Below are positions 12,435-26,837 of a stretch of DNA of 64,000 nucleotides, in pieces (within the stretch, counting starts at the first letter, position 1; the number at the start of each line of letters is the position of its first letter). The stretch comes from Okamejei kenojei (taxonomy: Eukaryota). The translations under genes were made by a program, and so were the position numbers. The DNA is taken from the NCBI GenBank assembly GCA_035221665.1, contig CM069151.1, forward strand, positions 21,700,001 to 21,764,000, written 5' to 3'. Under the pieces are notes generated by a model. It did not search any database. It was not told the origin of the DNA and saw only the letters and a list, made by a program, of their open reading frames with translations.

Positions 12435-12787
12435 TATCCAGTCTTCTCGATGTGGACCCCTGTATATCGGCGAGACCAAGTGCAGGCCGGGCAACTGTAT
12501 CGCTGAACACCTGCGCTCAGTCCACCTTGGCCTATGCGATCTCCCAGTCACCAAATATTTTAACTCACCTTCCCACTCCCATACTGACCTTTCCAGCCAA
12601 CAATGGGCCATTGTGGGTTCCACCTTTCCTGGCTCTGCTTTGTTCTGTATGCTCCTATACCTCCAGTGTCTCCCTCCCTGATTCTCAGTCTGAAGAAGTG
12701 TCTCAACCCGAAACGTCACCTATTCTTTTTCTCCAGGGATGCTGCCTGACCCACTGCATTACTCCAGATTTTTGTGCCTATCTTCAG
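12435..12787 (+). mobile_element. Penelope-like element 3' fragment: GIY-YIG endonuclease remnant plus pLTR
   Basis: CGPLYIGETKCRPGNCIAEHLRSVH...LPVTKYFNSPSHSHTDLS (YIGET..R..EH of the PLE GIY-YIG domain), followed on the same strand by the terminal repeat shared with the fold-back elements. Confidence 0.88.
12688..12720 (+). ncRNA. Minimal hammerhead ribozyme motif in PLE pLTR (stem II partly mutated)
   Basis: GT-CTGAAGA(12690-12696)-A-GTGT-CTCA-ACCC-GAAA(12710-12713)-CGTC-ACC. Confidence 0.6.
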
Positions 12788-14829
12788 CTGGGAAACAACT
12801 TGCCAATGTCGACCAAGATGCCCCATCTATGCTCAGCCCACCAGCCCATGTTCTTCAAAACGGTTCCTTTCCATTAACCCGTCCAAATGTCTTTTAAACG
12901 TAATGACAGTTCCTGCCCCAACTACCTCCTCTGGCAGTTCTTTCCACATACCCATCATCTTCTGTGTGAAAAGGTTGCAACTCAGGTTCCTATTAAATCT
13001 TTTCAGGGTAGCCCTGAAAACTATTTCTTTTCAGAATCTTGTCCCTTTTGAATCCAATTGTATTCCTCCACTCCTACCCCTAGCAACGCATTCCATATCC
13101 TCACCACTCATTATGTTAGAAACATTTCCCTTGTGTCACTTTTAAATCTTGTGCCAACCAGCTTCATACTATGTCCCTGTGTTGTTGACCACTCTCTTAA
13201 CGACAACTGCTTGTCTCTATTTGCTCAGTTTATATCATTTGTAAAAAAAAACATCTGTCCTATCTTGACATATCATCCTTTAACACGTCCAATACAAAAA
13301 CAGATGATCCATTCCTTGCCCTGTTAACTATAATTAACAATAACATTAATTACCACTTTCAGCTACATTAGTTAACATTTACCTTCGGCTAAATTACCTA
13401 TTGTCTGCTGCCCACTAGACACAAGTTGAAACACAATTGTGACATGGCAGAAAATGCCTTCTTATTGTGCAATACTTTTAAAATGCTATTACATCTTTAC
13501 AACTTTTACATTCAAGTTCACAATACTTTGTATAATTTGGCTATCCTCTCCACATTCAAGTAACAGAAAGGCACTTTCTGTAAGGCTTAATAATTCTCCA
13601 TAATTCTTAAGCAGGATTTTCCCAAGTTTGCATTGATACTTTTCAGGTTCCTCTGTTGTAGAACAGCTGCTGCCTGATACCAGACGTGGTCCAATTTGTT
13701 TCTATTGCAACCCAAGCACATTTGTGAACAAGCTTTGTTAATGCTAAATGAACAAGTCTTTTTGGATCTGCTCTTTGTCAGAGGTTTCCAGTTAACTGGG
13801 TTGCTTGCTCTCATCAGCAGTGAATATAACAGAAAGCGATTTTCTAACAAATGCTATTCTGTGCTTAGAACAACTGTAATGAAAGCCCAGATCTCTAAGA
13901 AGCTCTTTATAAACACACTCTCTTCAGCTTCCTCTGTGCTGATTTCACGAAGGCGATTGGCCTGAAAGCCACAGCTCAGAGAGGAAGCCAAGAGGGCCGA
14001 CCGGTTTGTACCAAATCAGCTCTCTCACGCGGAGTCTCATTTACTTAGGAGAAAAAAAACAGACTTAAAAGGGAATATCGCTGAGCTTTTTAAAACAATG
14101 ATGGGGTCGAATAATGTCCAGGCAGTTATGTAGGTCACCATATTCTTTGACTCACACCTGCGGTTTGTTTTTCAGTCCGGGCTCCACCTCTGGGGGCAGT
14201 GTCGGCATCTCCTGCAGCACCACTTTGTGCAAACTGGGCAACGCTCCGTCACACTCCTTCATCCCCTCCCTCTTCAAACTTGCCTGAAGACTTCTACAAA
14301 AACTTGGTGCACAGATCTGTGGCTTTACACAGCTTGGAAAAATGGAAGTGTCAGGGGAAAGTTTAGCAATCATGAAAGAGATGAACATGCGCACTTAAAC
14401 CAGCAGGGAATTCCAACTTCAGTCTGGGACTAAAAAGGAAGCACAATTTCCATCTGTGGCAGACTTTGCATTCTCTCAATCTCTCCTCCTGCCAATGCCA
14501 ATAGTGGGGAAAAGAGCACCATTTCTGGTCGGTATATCTCTTCCTACCCACCATTCTTTAGCCAGTCACATAGAAAGCCAGAACTGTACCTTCCCCATCT
14601 CAAAGTGACAGCAGCTGAAAAATGTGTTTACTTACATTTGAAAAGGACACCAAATCTTCTTTTCCATTGCCCTGTAATTGGCTTACTTTGGGACACTTTG
14701 ATCTGAGGTGCACCCTCTGGGGCAGAATGCTGAGATGCAATGCTCTACTGGGAGATTTGAGGCTTTGGCTCATGAGGAGGGCAGCACGAGAACACATCTA
14801 CCATTGCAACAGTATTCATAAAAGTGGGT

Positions 14830-15110
14830 TTGGAGTTTAGTGTTTAGAGATGCAGTGTGGATACAGCCCTTTCGACCCACTGAGTCCATGCTGACATCGC
14901 ACAACCACACTAGTTCTATGCTATCCCACTTTTGTATCATACACTCTAGGGGCAATTTACAGAGGCCAATTAACTTCCAAACCTGCACGTCTTCGGAATG
15001 TGGGAGGAAACTGGAACACCCGAAGAAAATCAAAACAGTCACAGGTAGATCGTACAAACTCCGTGCAGGTATGACCTGTAGTCAGGATTGAACCCGGATC
15101 TCTAAGTCTG
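14830..15110 (-). mobile_element. tRNA-derived SINE (HE1/V-SINE-like)
   Basis: Minus strand reads ggttcaatcctgactac (B box)...ggagtttgtacg...ctctaaacactaaac tail. Confidence 0.8.
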
Positions 15111-15639
15111 ATAGTTTTGACCAGGTCTTGGGACCAGGCTCAGAAATTACGGGAACTGATATCAAAATCAAGGATGCGGTCAGGACAAAGGATTACGGGG
15201 TCAGGGGTATGGGATCAGTCACAGATGCGGGCTTTGGGCTTTGGCTGAAATTAGGGGTGGGATCACAGTACTGGGGTCAGGAGATCACAGGAGCAGTGAT
15301 CCACAGGCATGGGAACCGGTAACAGCAACAGCAAAAGTCAATAGCCGGAAATCAGCTGAGAATCACAGAACACTCATTCTTAAATTCTTACTTTCCTTTA
15401 GACTTTGAACTTCAGATATATTACCCTTATTTATATTTCTTTCCACCAGTTAGCATCCAAGTCATTCTATGAAGTACCTTGTCCTTTGTCCCATTCATTA
15501 TCCCATAATCTATGCACCTTCCAACCATGTGTTAATATATGTCCAGCCTTGAATCTCAATAAAAGCACAATAATCGGTGACTTTGACCACCCACCTAGAA
15601 GGTGCGGTATATAATGATTTAATCTGTAATGAAATGAGT

Positions 15640-17290
15640 TTTCTTCTAAAACACATACAGGATTATTTTCTGGATTAGGAAAAAGACATCACTGTATCTG
15701 GAAATGAAACAAGGGAAGTGGATATAAGAGTACATCATGAAAGTAGCAGCTACACAATAATATAAAAATCAAAACAGAGAAGGAACGATCGAATCTATAT
15801 ATGTTTGACTGGCAAAAAGCCAGTTTCCAATCACATGAAAAGGGAACTATCCAGATATAGTGGAAAGAAAAATTGGCAGAAAAGTCGATGTATAAGCAAT
15901 AGCAAATGTTCAAAGATTAGTTGTTTAGGGAACAGGATGGAAATTGTCTCATAAGGATAAGAAAGGTACTAGAACAAAAGATAGAGTTACCTGGATACGT
16001 TAGAAATGTAAAATTATATATAAAGCAGAGGCTTATTGCAAATATTGCTTCATGTTTATTGTACAAAGTAATGGCGGAGGTGGAAGATGAAGGGGAAAAG
16101 TTTAGTGGCTGTGAACGATCTGCTTGATCACCTCTCTTGCCCTCAGAAAATGCTCAGATGTTTTTTTATGTGGGACATGGTAACCTCAGAGCACGGAGGC
16201 CAAGGGGCAGTGACGGGGAGCAACAGACAGTGTGGTTACAGTGACCATGGGTCGTGGTGTGGGTGGAGTTGGATGCTGGAGGTCTTATATGAGCCGGGTG
16301 CGGGAGCAGATCCAGTGCAGACTGTAGATGGACTCAAAAAGCTGGAGTAACGCAATGGATCAAGCAGCATCTACGAAGACTAGAGCAGCTGTACAGAGCG
16401 GTGGTGAAAAGGACCAACAACATGGAGCTGGGCCAGGCTGATCCCGACATCATTGATCCACTGTTGCCGGGGCACTGGGCCTTGGTGAGGAAATAAGAAA
16501 TTACAATCTCCTTAAGGCGAAGATCAGACTTTACAGGGACTTGAAACTTGCCAGATGGCGTAGGAACATGGCGACCTTTTAGATGCTGTTCTAGGAAAGC
16601 ATCTACAATTATCCACTGCAATTATTTCACTCTTACTTGTGTATGATTCTACTCTTGTGTCTAGTAGGCTGCACTGGATAGCATGCAAAATCAACTTTTC
16701 ACTGTATCTCAGTGCATGTCATAATTACTAAATTAAACTAAAACAAATGAAAATCCATGTAGAATATATAAAATATAAAGAAGGCCAAAAAGTGGAAAAG
16801 GACAGTTAATTAAGAATGTGAGCTCCTTGGTCAAGTTGAGACACAATTTGTACAAAAGGCAATTATAGCCTACAAAGAAGAAGAAGGAGCAATTAAATGA
16901 CATGATTATAGAGATGAATTATACTGAAAAAGTCATTGGAAGTTTTTGCCAAGATTTGCCAAACTTACTTCAGGAAGACTGTTGTGCCAGTATAGAATTA
17001 TGAAGGTGTTTCCAGGAATGAGAGGCTTTAGATATGAAGACCATCAGAATGAGAAAGGTTAAATGAGAATCTGACATTCAACATTAAAGAATGTTTACAA
17101 ATCTGGTAGGGGGTAACTATTTACATTATTTAGTACATTAGTAACCATGCAAATGGAAGCAGGGGATATGGGGAAAAGGCAGGAACTTGGTACTGATTGG
17201 GGATGATCAGCCATGATCACATTGAATGGCGGTGCTGGCTCGAAGGGCCAAATGGCCTACTCCTGCACCTATTGTCTATTGTCTATTGTC
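15640..17290 (+). mobile_element. Old degraded CR1 remnants with insertions (LINE-tail/PLE pieces ~16140-16745) and a younger CR1 tail at 17155-17290
   Basis: Degenerate CR1-like sequence; terminal (ATTGTCT)n tail after ggtgctggctcgaagggccaaatggcctactcctgcacct. Confidence 0.6.
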
Positions 17291-19601
17291 AAACAGGGGC
17301 TATTAGCAAGGAATGGGAGCATACATTAATAAAAGTGCATGTCTCTAGAAATTCAATATCTCTATTTTGAAAGATGTAATATAATGGTGTGTTGCTCCAT
17401 GCCAAATGGACTTCAATGAAAATGATTGTGATAATGATGTATGCTTTTTTAGAGAGTTGCTTCAAGATATGGTTGTGGTTCACAATATATGTCTTGCAGC
17501 CAAATCCAGGTTGTGGCACGGCTCTGTGTGGCTAGAACAGTCAGCAACCTCCCACATACGATATAGCAGGGATGGGTGGCTTGCATGTCAGGCAGGTGGC
17601 AAAGTGCATTTGGTGCAACAACTCAATGAAGGGAATACCACAGATTTGCACATTGGCAACTCCCCAGCTTAGGTGTGGTAGACCCATCCCATTCCATCCG
17701 TGCAGCTTCATGTTGTTCAACTAACATCGACGTGTGTGTGTTGTTGGACCTCTGATGGCACTGCATGTGCCTGGTACATATTGGACATTTGGCTTCATAC
17801 ACATGAAAGATCTTTGAATTTGAAGAAATGCATAACACAATCAAATTTCAGATGACATAATTTGATCAACGCACAAAAATTTGTGTTACATAAGAGAGCT
17901 TCTAACCACTCGTGAATAAGGGAAGGATATAATTCAGTGAAGAACCATACATGGTCAGCATGCTCTCAGTCTGAGAACATTAAAAATCCTCCGAGGCACT
18001 TTCAATTTCTGCCCTGAAGATTAATATCAATTTATTGCATCAATTGTGGGCACACCAAAGCAGAACTGCATCTACAAGGTTAAAGCAGATATAATGGTAG
18101 TAGGATATTTCTTGAAGAAATAGGTAGCTATTTTGCAGTGTGCCTGATTTCAGCTTAAATGTGCACAACTATCTTTCCATAAATCACAGCTGAATTTAAT
18201 TCTTTCCTGTGATTGTGTGAGACAGTTTCTGTGTAATACTGGACACCCTTGCTAATATAAGAAGGCAGGTTCTCCTTAAAATAAGTCATCTGCCTAAAAA
18301 CATTTGTCTTCACTTGCAGCAATTTTCCCTTAACTGCCCAGTGTTGAAACGCTGAATTTATGCACAGCACAAATGAGTCAGACTTGCCATTTATATTTTG
18401 TGACCTAGCAAGATAACGGCATATTGGAAAGAATTTCGGAGGCTGCCCCATTTCAAGGAATGTACGAGGGAGTCTAATCGCATAACAAATTGTTAGAGAG
18501 AACCGTCATTCATAAACCTTAAATGACCCAGTGGTTAGAATTATCTTGTAGCGAGCATGTTGCTGTTCTATAAAAAGATTTAAAAACAGTATAAGCAATT
18601 GTTTTTCAAAGCATTTGAAAATAAATCTATTAATCAGCTTGAAACTTAGATGTGATGGCGAAGATATGAGTTGTAATCATAGTCATCAAAGTTATAACCT
18701 AATATGCAGAGATCAACTATTTTGCAGAAATCTAATTTTACATTACATGCAGCAAGAGTAAAATCAGGTTCAATTTGATGGTGCAGGACCTATCTGGTTC
18801 AAATTAGAGAACAATTCTGTGACTCTCTTGCTTATGCAGTGAGGCACCACGTTTGGATTAAGAATTATATTTAGTCACCTCCAGGGAACTGAAATGTTTT
18901 ACTGGTAGACAGGAACCTATCCATAACATGCAATGTATTAGGCTACTGCTTGGGCTTTCCCAGTTCAATCAACCAGATGCCACCTTCCTGCTGCTGCCTT
19001 TGCCATAAGCATGTGTCTTCGAACATCCTTTGGATTAATGCAAGGAAATCCATTGAAGTGCAGGAGGAAATTCTTGAGATAAACCCCACATGTTACTCCA
19101 GAGGGTTTGAGGCCCAGGCTGAATGTTGACCCTGCTGAACAGATCTGGAACAAACCAAGTGACCAGTGCAGTCAATTTTCACTGTTGGGGTTCTCGTGCA
19201 CTTTTAGTATGTGTAGAGATGCACACTACATGTATATTGGCAAGGATTGTCCTCTAACCAAATTCAACAGTGGTGTAACAACACAGAACTCATCCAATAA
19301 AGGGGTTGTCATCCAGCTGCATGAATATGCAGTCAGTAAACAAATCACTTATTATGGATATGTAGGTATTAGACCACATGCATGAAACAAAAACCAGTAT
19401 TATTTAGGAAGTTGTTTCTCCTGTTCCTTCAGCCTGTTCGACTAAATTCATATTTATATTTAATTGGTATATTATTGTCATATATGCCCAGATATGCTGC
19501 ACATGGTTCTTGGTTTACTCCAAATCTGTTCAGCAGGATCACATTCAATATGGGACTCAAACTCTCTGAAACAATGTGTGGAATCAGTCTCAAGAAACTG
19601 C

Positions 19602-19697
19602 GTCTGAAGAAGGGTTTTGGCCCGAAACGTTGCCTATTTCCTTCACTCCATAGATGCTGCTGCACCCGCTGAGTTTCTCCAGCACTTTTGTCTACCT
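19602..19697 (+). mobile_element. 96-nt solo PLE pLTR unit containing an intact hammerhead core
   Basis: Perfect 12-bp TSD tcaagaaactgc at 19590-19601 and 19698-19709; CTGAAGA 19604-19610, stem II GGGT/GCCC, GAAA 19624-19627, CGTT. Confidence 0.85.
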
Positions 19698-21304
19698 TCA
19701 AGAAACTGCAGTTTAGTGCATATCTCCCCATTACTGAGAGCTGCAGTTAAAGGAGAGAGCATTTGAGATGTTCAGCAGGAGGTTGAGCCTGATGCATCTG
19801 GATACCCTGGATAAATTACCATTTGGTAAAAAGACAATTTCCATCAATCTATGGGGCTCTTTAGCCTGCATGCCAGGTCCTTCCTGTGTTGAGGGATTGC
19901 CAATATGGTGGTCACCTTCCTGGAACTTCCCCCATCCTTTCCCGAGGTTGAAGCAGGGCCAGGAGATACACTTCCTATCCTTCCTGGTGTTTCAGCGCTT
20001 GGCCTAAACTTGTAGCAGGCGTCGGCCAAGCCCGGTCTCAGAAGTGGGAGTTGGGGGAGAGAAAAGGTGTTAAGGTAAAGTGGCATACATATGTATGTCC
20101 TTATAGTGTAAATATTTATATTTACACACATGACGTCAGGACATCCCAAAGCACTTACACCGCTGAAGCATTTTGTAATGTGGCCAATAATGTACCAGGG
20201 GAAATGCAGCAGCCAATGCACAAGCAGGAAGCTCCCATAAAAAGCAAATTGATAAGAATAAATTCATTAATTTATTTTTATGATGTTAATCAAACAATAA
20301 ATTCATCAGAGGGAACTTCTTTGCTCTATGAGAAGATAAGTGCAATAAGACATTTTTCAGCCTAGAAGAGATGAGTAGCTGAAGGGTCAGTTAGAATGCG
20401 CAGAGGTAAATGGAAAGTCATCATTTCACGTCATGATAGTTGATGGGTCTCAGGAATAAACATAAACTATCAATTTCCCTGGCCCATTAAATTCCTCCAC
20501 TTGCTCTCTTTTTTTGCTACAGATTCAAGCATCTGCAGTCTCCTGTGCCTACATTTTTCATGCACTTTAGAGAGAGGAAGGTGCCTCATTTGATGTTCTC
20601 ATGTGAAGTACCACACCTGATTGTGCTCCAACAGGATAAAGCAATGCAAAAAAAAAACACATTATCAATTCCTTTCTGATGCATTCCAAAAACACGATTG
20701 CATTGTATTTGACTACGCAACGCCTGATAGTAGGACAACCGCTTTCATGGCATCTGCAAATATTATCAGAGAATCCCATTCTCTCCTGTTGAATCCCAAT
20801 TACCTAGGTTCCTTAGTTCACCAATCCCTTACCCCCCCAATCCCTTATCTCACCGCTCCTTAGCCAACTCTCTCTACCTATCCTTCAACACCAGTCCCTT
20901 ACCTTCTTGGTCCATCATCATCGTCTTTCAATCCCCTTTTTGGATTGGAGAAGAGTAACTAGTCTTCGAGGTGGAGTTGGGGGTGTGGTTGTATTTGCGG
21001 AGGAATTAACTGTTTTAAAATGTTGAATTTTGTTGGTCCATAAACAACAGTCCCCTGTCCCCTGGTGTTTTGAACTTTATTCTAGAAAACATCTGGGAAG
21101 CCTGGGAGAGATGAAAATCTTTCTTCCTCCATTCACATATCCTTTGTGCTCAGGGATTGGGAATTTCCAGGACACAATAACAGAAAATAAGATTCCATCT
21201 GCTATTCTCAACTGTATATGTGCGTAACAGAAAGTATGAACATTATGTGAATAGGTGCAGCATGTCCATAAAAATGTTTATTAACGCATTCAATGGAGAT
21301 TGAA

Positions 21305-21530
21305 TGAATCAGTGGAATATTTTGCCACAGAAGGTTGTGGAGGCTGTCAGTGGTTATTTTTAAGGCAGAGAAAGATGGTTTCTTGATTAGTACAGGTGTC
21401 TGAGGTTATGGGGTTATGGGCAGGAGAATGGAGTTAGGGGGGAAGAATAGATCAGCCATGATTGAATAATGGAGTAGACCTGATGGGCCGAAAGGCCTAA
21501 TTCTGCTCCTATCACGTGATCTTATGAGGT
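21305..21530 (+). mobile_element. CR1 LINE 3' end
   Basis: gtggaat...gccacagaaggttgtggaggc...gatcagccatgattgaat...gggccgaaaggcctaattctgctcct. Confidence 0.8.
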
Positions 21531-22631
21531 GCCAGGCTAGGAAGCCCTGGTAACCTACACCAAATACCTTGTCTGGTAACCAGGAACATTTTCAAGGATT
21601 AATCAAATGAAAATTGTTGAGAAGAATTTAATTACAGAGTCACACGGGGCTCGTAGTCCACATTGAGCCTGCAGAGGCTCATCCACCTTCAATTACTCAT
21701 GACTGCAGCTCCTGAGGAGATACCGGTTAAAGCCATGTTCCTGTGGGATAGGGCAACCTGGAATCCCAGAGGCTGTCAGTCATTTATTTCACTCACTGGA
21801 GTGGGGAGTTTTCTCTGACAGAGCTTATGATTAATTTTCTTTAGGATGGGGTAGAGGTGAATGGAAATCTCTTTTCTAAGGCCCACAATATTTACCACCA
21901 TCGCTGGAGATGGGCAATGTCTATGCTTTCATTCACTTGCAATGGGTCACAATTTCACTTCCCAAACCACAGCGTTTAAAATAGCATTTTCTTCTGGGCA
22001 GAGAAGATGAAATGGCTGCAGAAAACTAGACTTTATCCTCATTTATGTTTGGAAGTCCTCTCACACCAAAAACCCTTAATCTTTGGTGTAAACATAAGGG
22101 TGCTTAAAATAAGTGTGAGGGTTAGTACAATTCTAAACATCCAGTTCAGCTAAAATGTGAAGCCAACAAGGGAATAATATTTAAACACAGAAGGTCAGAA
22201 GGTGCGCAGCTGACCCACACTGTCTTTGGCACCTTTGCTTGCAAATATTAAAAACATACCTGACTAGCCTGGTTTCTCCCCGTCATCCTGTGCTCTCTTT
22301 CATGTAAATCAGTAGAGCAGTTGTGGTGTTTGCATCACTGCCTCTCCAATCACTTTGGATCTCCTTAACACTGGACCAAGATGTTGCTCTAGCACTACCA
22401 AGTGGGAGCTGGCATGCAACAGACCTCCAACCTGAAAGGAAACCATGAATCAGCATCTTCCACACCTCTAAGGGATCCATCAGCCAACTCAGAGCCCACA
22501 AACCTGCAGCAGAAGCAAGCTATGATTGCCTCCAACAGATTGCCTAAAATGAAGAATATACTTACCTGCACTTCCCTCAACAGCTGCATCTTAACTATTC
22601 CCTGTGGCAAATCATTCCATGCTCTGCATAT

Positions 22632-22885
22632 TTTCAAGTTCAAGTTCAAGTGAGTTTATTGTCGTGTGTCCCTGATAGGACAATGACATTCTTGCTTGGC
22701 TTCAGCACAACAGAACATAGTAGGCATTGACTACAAAACAGATCAGTGTGTTCATATACCATTATATAAACATATACACACATGAATAAATAAACTGATA
22801 AAGTGCAAATAACAGAATATGGGTTATTAATGTTCAGAGTTTTGTCTGAGCCAGGTTTAATAGCCTGATGGCTGTGGGGAAGAAA
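22632..22885 (-). mobile_element. Rex/Babar-type LINE 3' tail
   Basis: Minus strand ends gacaataaactcacttgaacttgaacttgaa; the other end tagcctgatggctgtggggaagaa matches the Rex copies near 31800 and 32820. Confidence 0.65.
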
Positions 22886-24439
22886 TGATATTTCTATTCC
22901 TATTCATTTTTCACCTTCAGTGATAATTTAAACCTGATGGCCTTTTGTGATTAGCTATGTAATCAGTAAAGCTATGTACAAAGTATGGGAGGTGTGGGAT
23001 CAATAGCTGCTGAGACACTATACCCACCATATCAGGTGCAAAGGCAAAGTGTACAATTCCTGAGCAGTCGTTTTATGGGTGGCTCAGAATATTGTGTCAG
23101 ATGCTTTGCAACTTCTGGAGAAACACCAACAAGACCTGATGGCTGCACATTACCGCTGATTGAGAAAGTCAGTCCTTCCTTGCCTCAGGCATTCGAAGGG
23201 TCTGCCGGCGACATTTGCAGATTTCATAGTTGGCAGCACAGCGGTGAATAAGACACGGAGTTGATGCCTTGTTTGCCAATGCTGACATTGGCATCAATTT
23301 CGCTTATGGTGAAATTCGTCAGAATAAACAAGTGCTTTTGGTTTCAACTCTGTTTGGCCTCACAAGGATGCTGGGTAGCACTGACCACACACTTATGCCT
23401 ATCAAAGCCGTAAACTCATCAATCACGAGGACTTTCACTTCATCAATATGCAGCTGGTGCATACCCACAAGAGGATCTTTATGCCACTGTGCACAAGGTT
23501 CCTCAGCAGCTGCATAATTCTTTGGCAGTCATCTCTCTATAAATCTTTCTGCACCTTAAAGGAAAAGCTGACTGGCTGCTCGGAGACAGAGCACATCCCT
23601 TAAAATGTGGCTGATTGTACCAGTAAGGAACGTAATCAATAAAACTCAGACATTGTACCAGATAAAGGAAAAAGTATGCAAGCCATCAGCATGCTGCAAA
23701 TGAATCATTGGTCTTCAGCCGATTGGGATTTACGATCTACCAGCCTGGGTCCGCAGGGGGTGGTGGTGTTCTGCTCTGCAGCAGACACAGTGAAGTCCAC
23801 AGGAGGTACAAACAACAGAGTTAAGATGACGATGAGTAGAAAGCATGCATTTAAATTGGAACACATTTAAAGTGGTACCATAAAATGGAGCCACATTACA
23901 CAGATGCACACATTACGCAACACTTTAATAACACATAGACACATTGCGCATATAGAGTATTCATACACACACTGCACTAATTCACTCATATTGCACATAC
24001 ACACATTACCTTAATGGATCAGGTCCTAATGGATCAAAAAACTCCAAATACAAAACATCAAGGAATATAATATCCCTTCAAGAAATTCAAGTAAATCATA
24101 GAACAGTTAGCCAGATATCAATATCCTTGTTTATGAAACACAGAAAATGAGCGTGTAGGCACAGCCTGCAATTCAGAAGCTAATTGAAATATTAGTCTTT
24201 ATTGCAAAATTGATGAAGTATAAAAGTAAGGAGGTTTTCCATAGGCATACATGAGACTCTATATGAAGAATTACAAACATTTTTCATCTCCACATTTGAG
24301 GAAGGATACATTTGCATTTAAGATAGTTAATTGAAGGTTGACTCGGGTTGAGTCCTGCGATGGTAAAGTTGACTTATGATGACAGCTTGAGGAGGATGTG
24401 GCTATGGTCATCAGAGTTTGGAAGATTGCGGGGGCATTT

Positions 24440-25225
24440 TTATTGTCACAGGCAATAAACTCACAGACAACTTTCTAAATGGGAAGAGGACTCAGAAATC
24501 ACAGGTGCAAAAGGACATGGATGCAGGTTGCTGCAGGATGCCCAAAGGTTAATTTGCAGGTGGTGTTGATGGTAAGGAGGTCAAATGCAATGCAACACAG
24601 CTTTTATTTTTTAGGGAACTTGAATATATAACAAGGATGTTATGCTGAGGCTTTATAAGGGACTGGTGAGGCCACTTTTGGTATATTGTGCGCAGTTTTG
24701 GACCCGATACCTGAAGAAGGATATTCTGGAGAGAGGGTCCAGAGAGGATTTTGGAGAATGATGCTGGGGATGGTTGGGTTAACATATAAGGAGCGTTTGA
24801 AAGCTCTTGACCTACATCCGCTGGAGTTTAGAAGGATGAAGGTGGATCTCATTGAAACCTACCAGATGATGAAAGGCCTAGATATAGTGAATGTGGAATG
24901 GATGTTTCCAGCAATGGGAGAGTCGAGAACCAGAGGCTACAGCCTCAGAATAAAAGGACAAACCTTTAGAATGAAGATGAAGAGGAATTTCTATAGTGAG
25001 AGGGTGGTGAATGTATTGAATTCATTGCCATAGATGTTGTGGAGACCAAGACTGGGTATTTTTAAGGAGATTGATCCGTTCTTGATTAGAAATGGTGTCA
25101 AAGGTTATGGGGAGAGGCAGAAAAATGGGGATGTGAGGGAAAAAATAGATCTGCCATGATTAAATGGCGGACTAGACTCGATATGCTGAAAGGCCTAAAT
25201 CTGCTCTGATGGTTTTATGGTCTTT
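24440..25225 (+). mobile_element. CR1 LINE 3' fragment within older CR1 debris (~24000-25560)
   Basis: ORF 24686-25033 ERVQRGFWRMMLGMVGLTYKERLKALDLHPLEFRRMKVDLIETYQMMKG...RNFYSERVVNVLNSLP. Confidence 0.88.
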
Positions 25226-26837
25226 TTCGAATAATGGTGGAACATTTGCAATACAGTTTTCCCTCTATCCATAGATGTTTGGAAAATTATGGTCTCTGCA
25301 ATTTCCTCCTTTCCTCCCTGTAGCATTTGGACCAGATGATTTATGCAGAAAGCTTATCTAGAACTTCATCTTTGTCAATTTTACTCCATTCAAGATCACA
25401 GCTACTTTTGCTGTGACCTCTGAAACACCTTCTTTCTTGCTAAAAGTTAAATTTGAGGGACTAATTCATCGCTTCCTTCTTGAGGAGATTGTCTTTTTTG
25501 TCTCAGGTACATTTTTTCCACTCTACATGTTGAAAGAATGTTTTTGGATGCCCTGCAATGTTGTGCATTGATGGGGTAGATTGCGAATTATCCTCCTTTA
25601 ACTGTTGATGAATATCAAAATATGTATTGTTGTTAAATATACTGTGAGGTACTTATTGAATGTTACACAAACTGCTATATGAGATTAGATGAAATGCAAT
25701 GATCAAGTAATGTTGGAGATGATTGCATGTTACTAACTGAGAGAATCAAAGCAAACAGATGAAATCAGCTCACAATCAAGTGACTGTTTCTGTGCAGACA
25801 ATAAAGCATAGTAAACCATCATACACACATTATACCTAAAACCAAATTAGAAATGGCACCCAAGAGAAGGAAGTACGTTAGCAGCTACCCAGATCAAACA
25901 TTACAATACAATGCTTACTATGATTTGTAACACCTTTCATATATCTCAACAAGTACCACAGATGAAGATAACCCACACAGCAGGAACAACGTGAGAGGAA
26001 GCATAAATAATGAGTGGGAATAATACAGTCGAAATTGAACCTGTTTATGATGGCAAACAAAAATAGTTTTGCTTTGAAACTAAAATATGTATTGTATTTT
26101 TGATGAAATGCCCATTATTTCCTCAAGGGATGAACAGATCAGTTACAGTAAGTTTGACAAAAGGATGAACAGAAACAACATTGACAACAAATGAGTGGGT
26201 TGCCTGTGTTGATATTGGCTTATTATTGTCATGTGCACTGAGATATGGTGGCAACCAGTGTGCATATCACCCAGCATACAAACCACACATGAGTGCATCA
26301 GGTAATGAAAAGGAGAAAGCAACAAAGTGCAGAATATGGTGCTACAGTTACGGGGAAAGTGCAGGTAAAAAAAAAAGGCAAGGCCCACATGAGGTAGATT
26401 GATAGACTGTCCATTGGATATAACCTTACAAAGACTGGGGGCAATTGTTTGTTTAGAGAACAGAATTATCCAAATTGATTCAACTTATCTGTAATGCATC
26501 TCCAAATGAACTATTATTGTTTTATGTTCTTGCTGGATATATATTATTGCCACCTGCAATGCCTCGGTAGGTCTTTCTTTGTTAAAATTACTATATCAAT
26601 ACAAGTTGTCAACAGAGGAGCACTTTTTAATTAGTTTATTAGATTCCTATCTCATTTATCTTCATTCTTGTGTCTTGTTGCAGAAAGGTTTGGTTCTTCT
26701 TTCCCTCACTCTTATTCGTTAATGTAGATATCTACCTTCCCCAAAATGGAATGAATAATGAAAGAAAAGGTACATCTGGGAATCACTCTCTCCATTCTGC
26801 ACAGGGATGCTGGGGTAGCTTCTTCATTCATTCATCA

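Noticed and set aside
14830-15110. tRNA gene suggested by the B-box-like motif
   Set aside because: It is the head of a multi-copy SINE; no full cloverleaf is visible.
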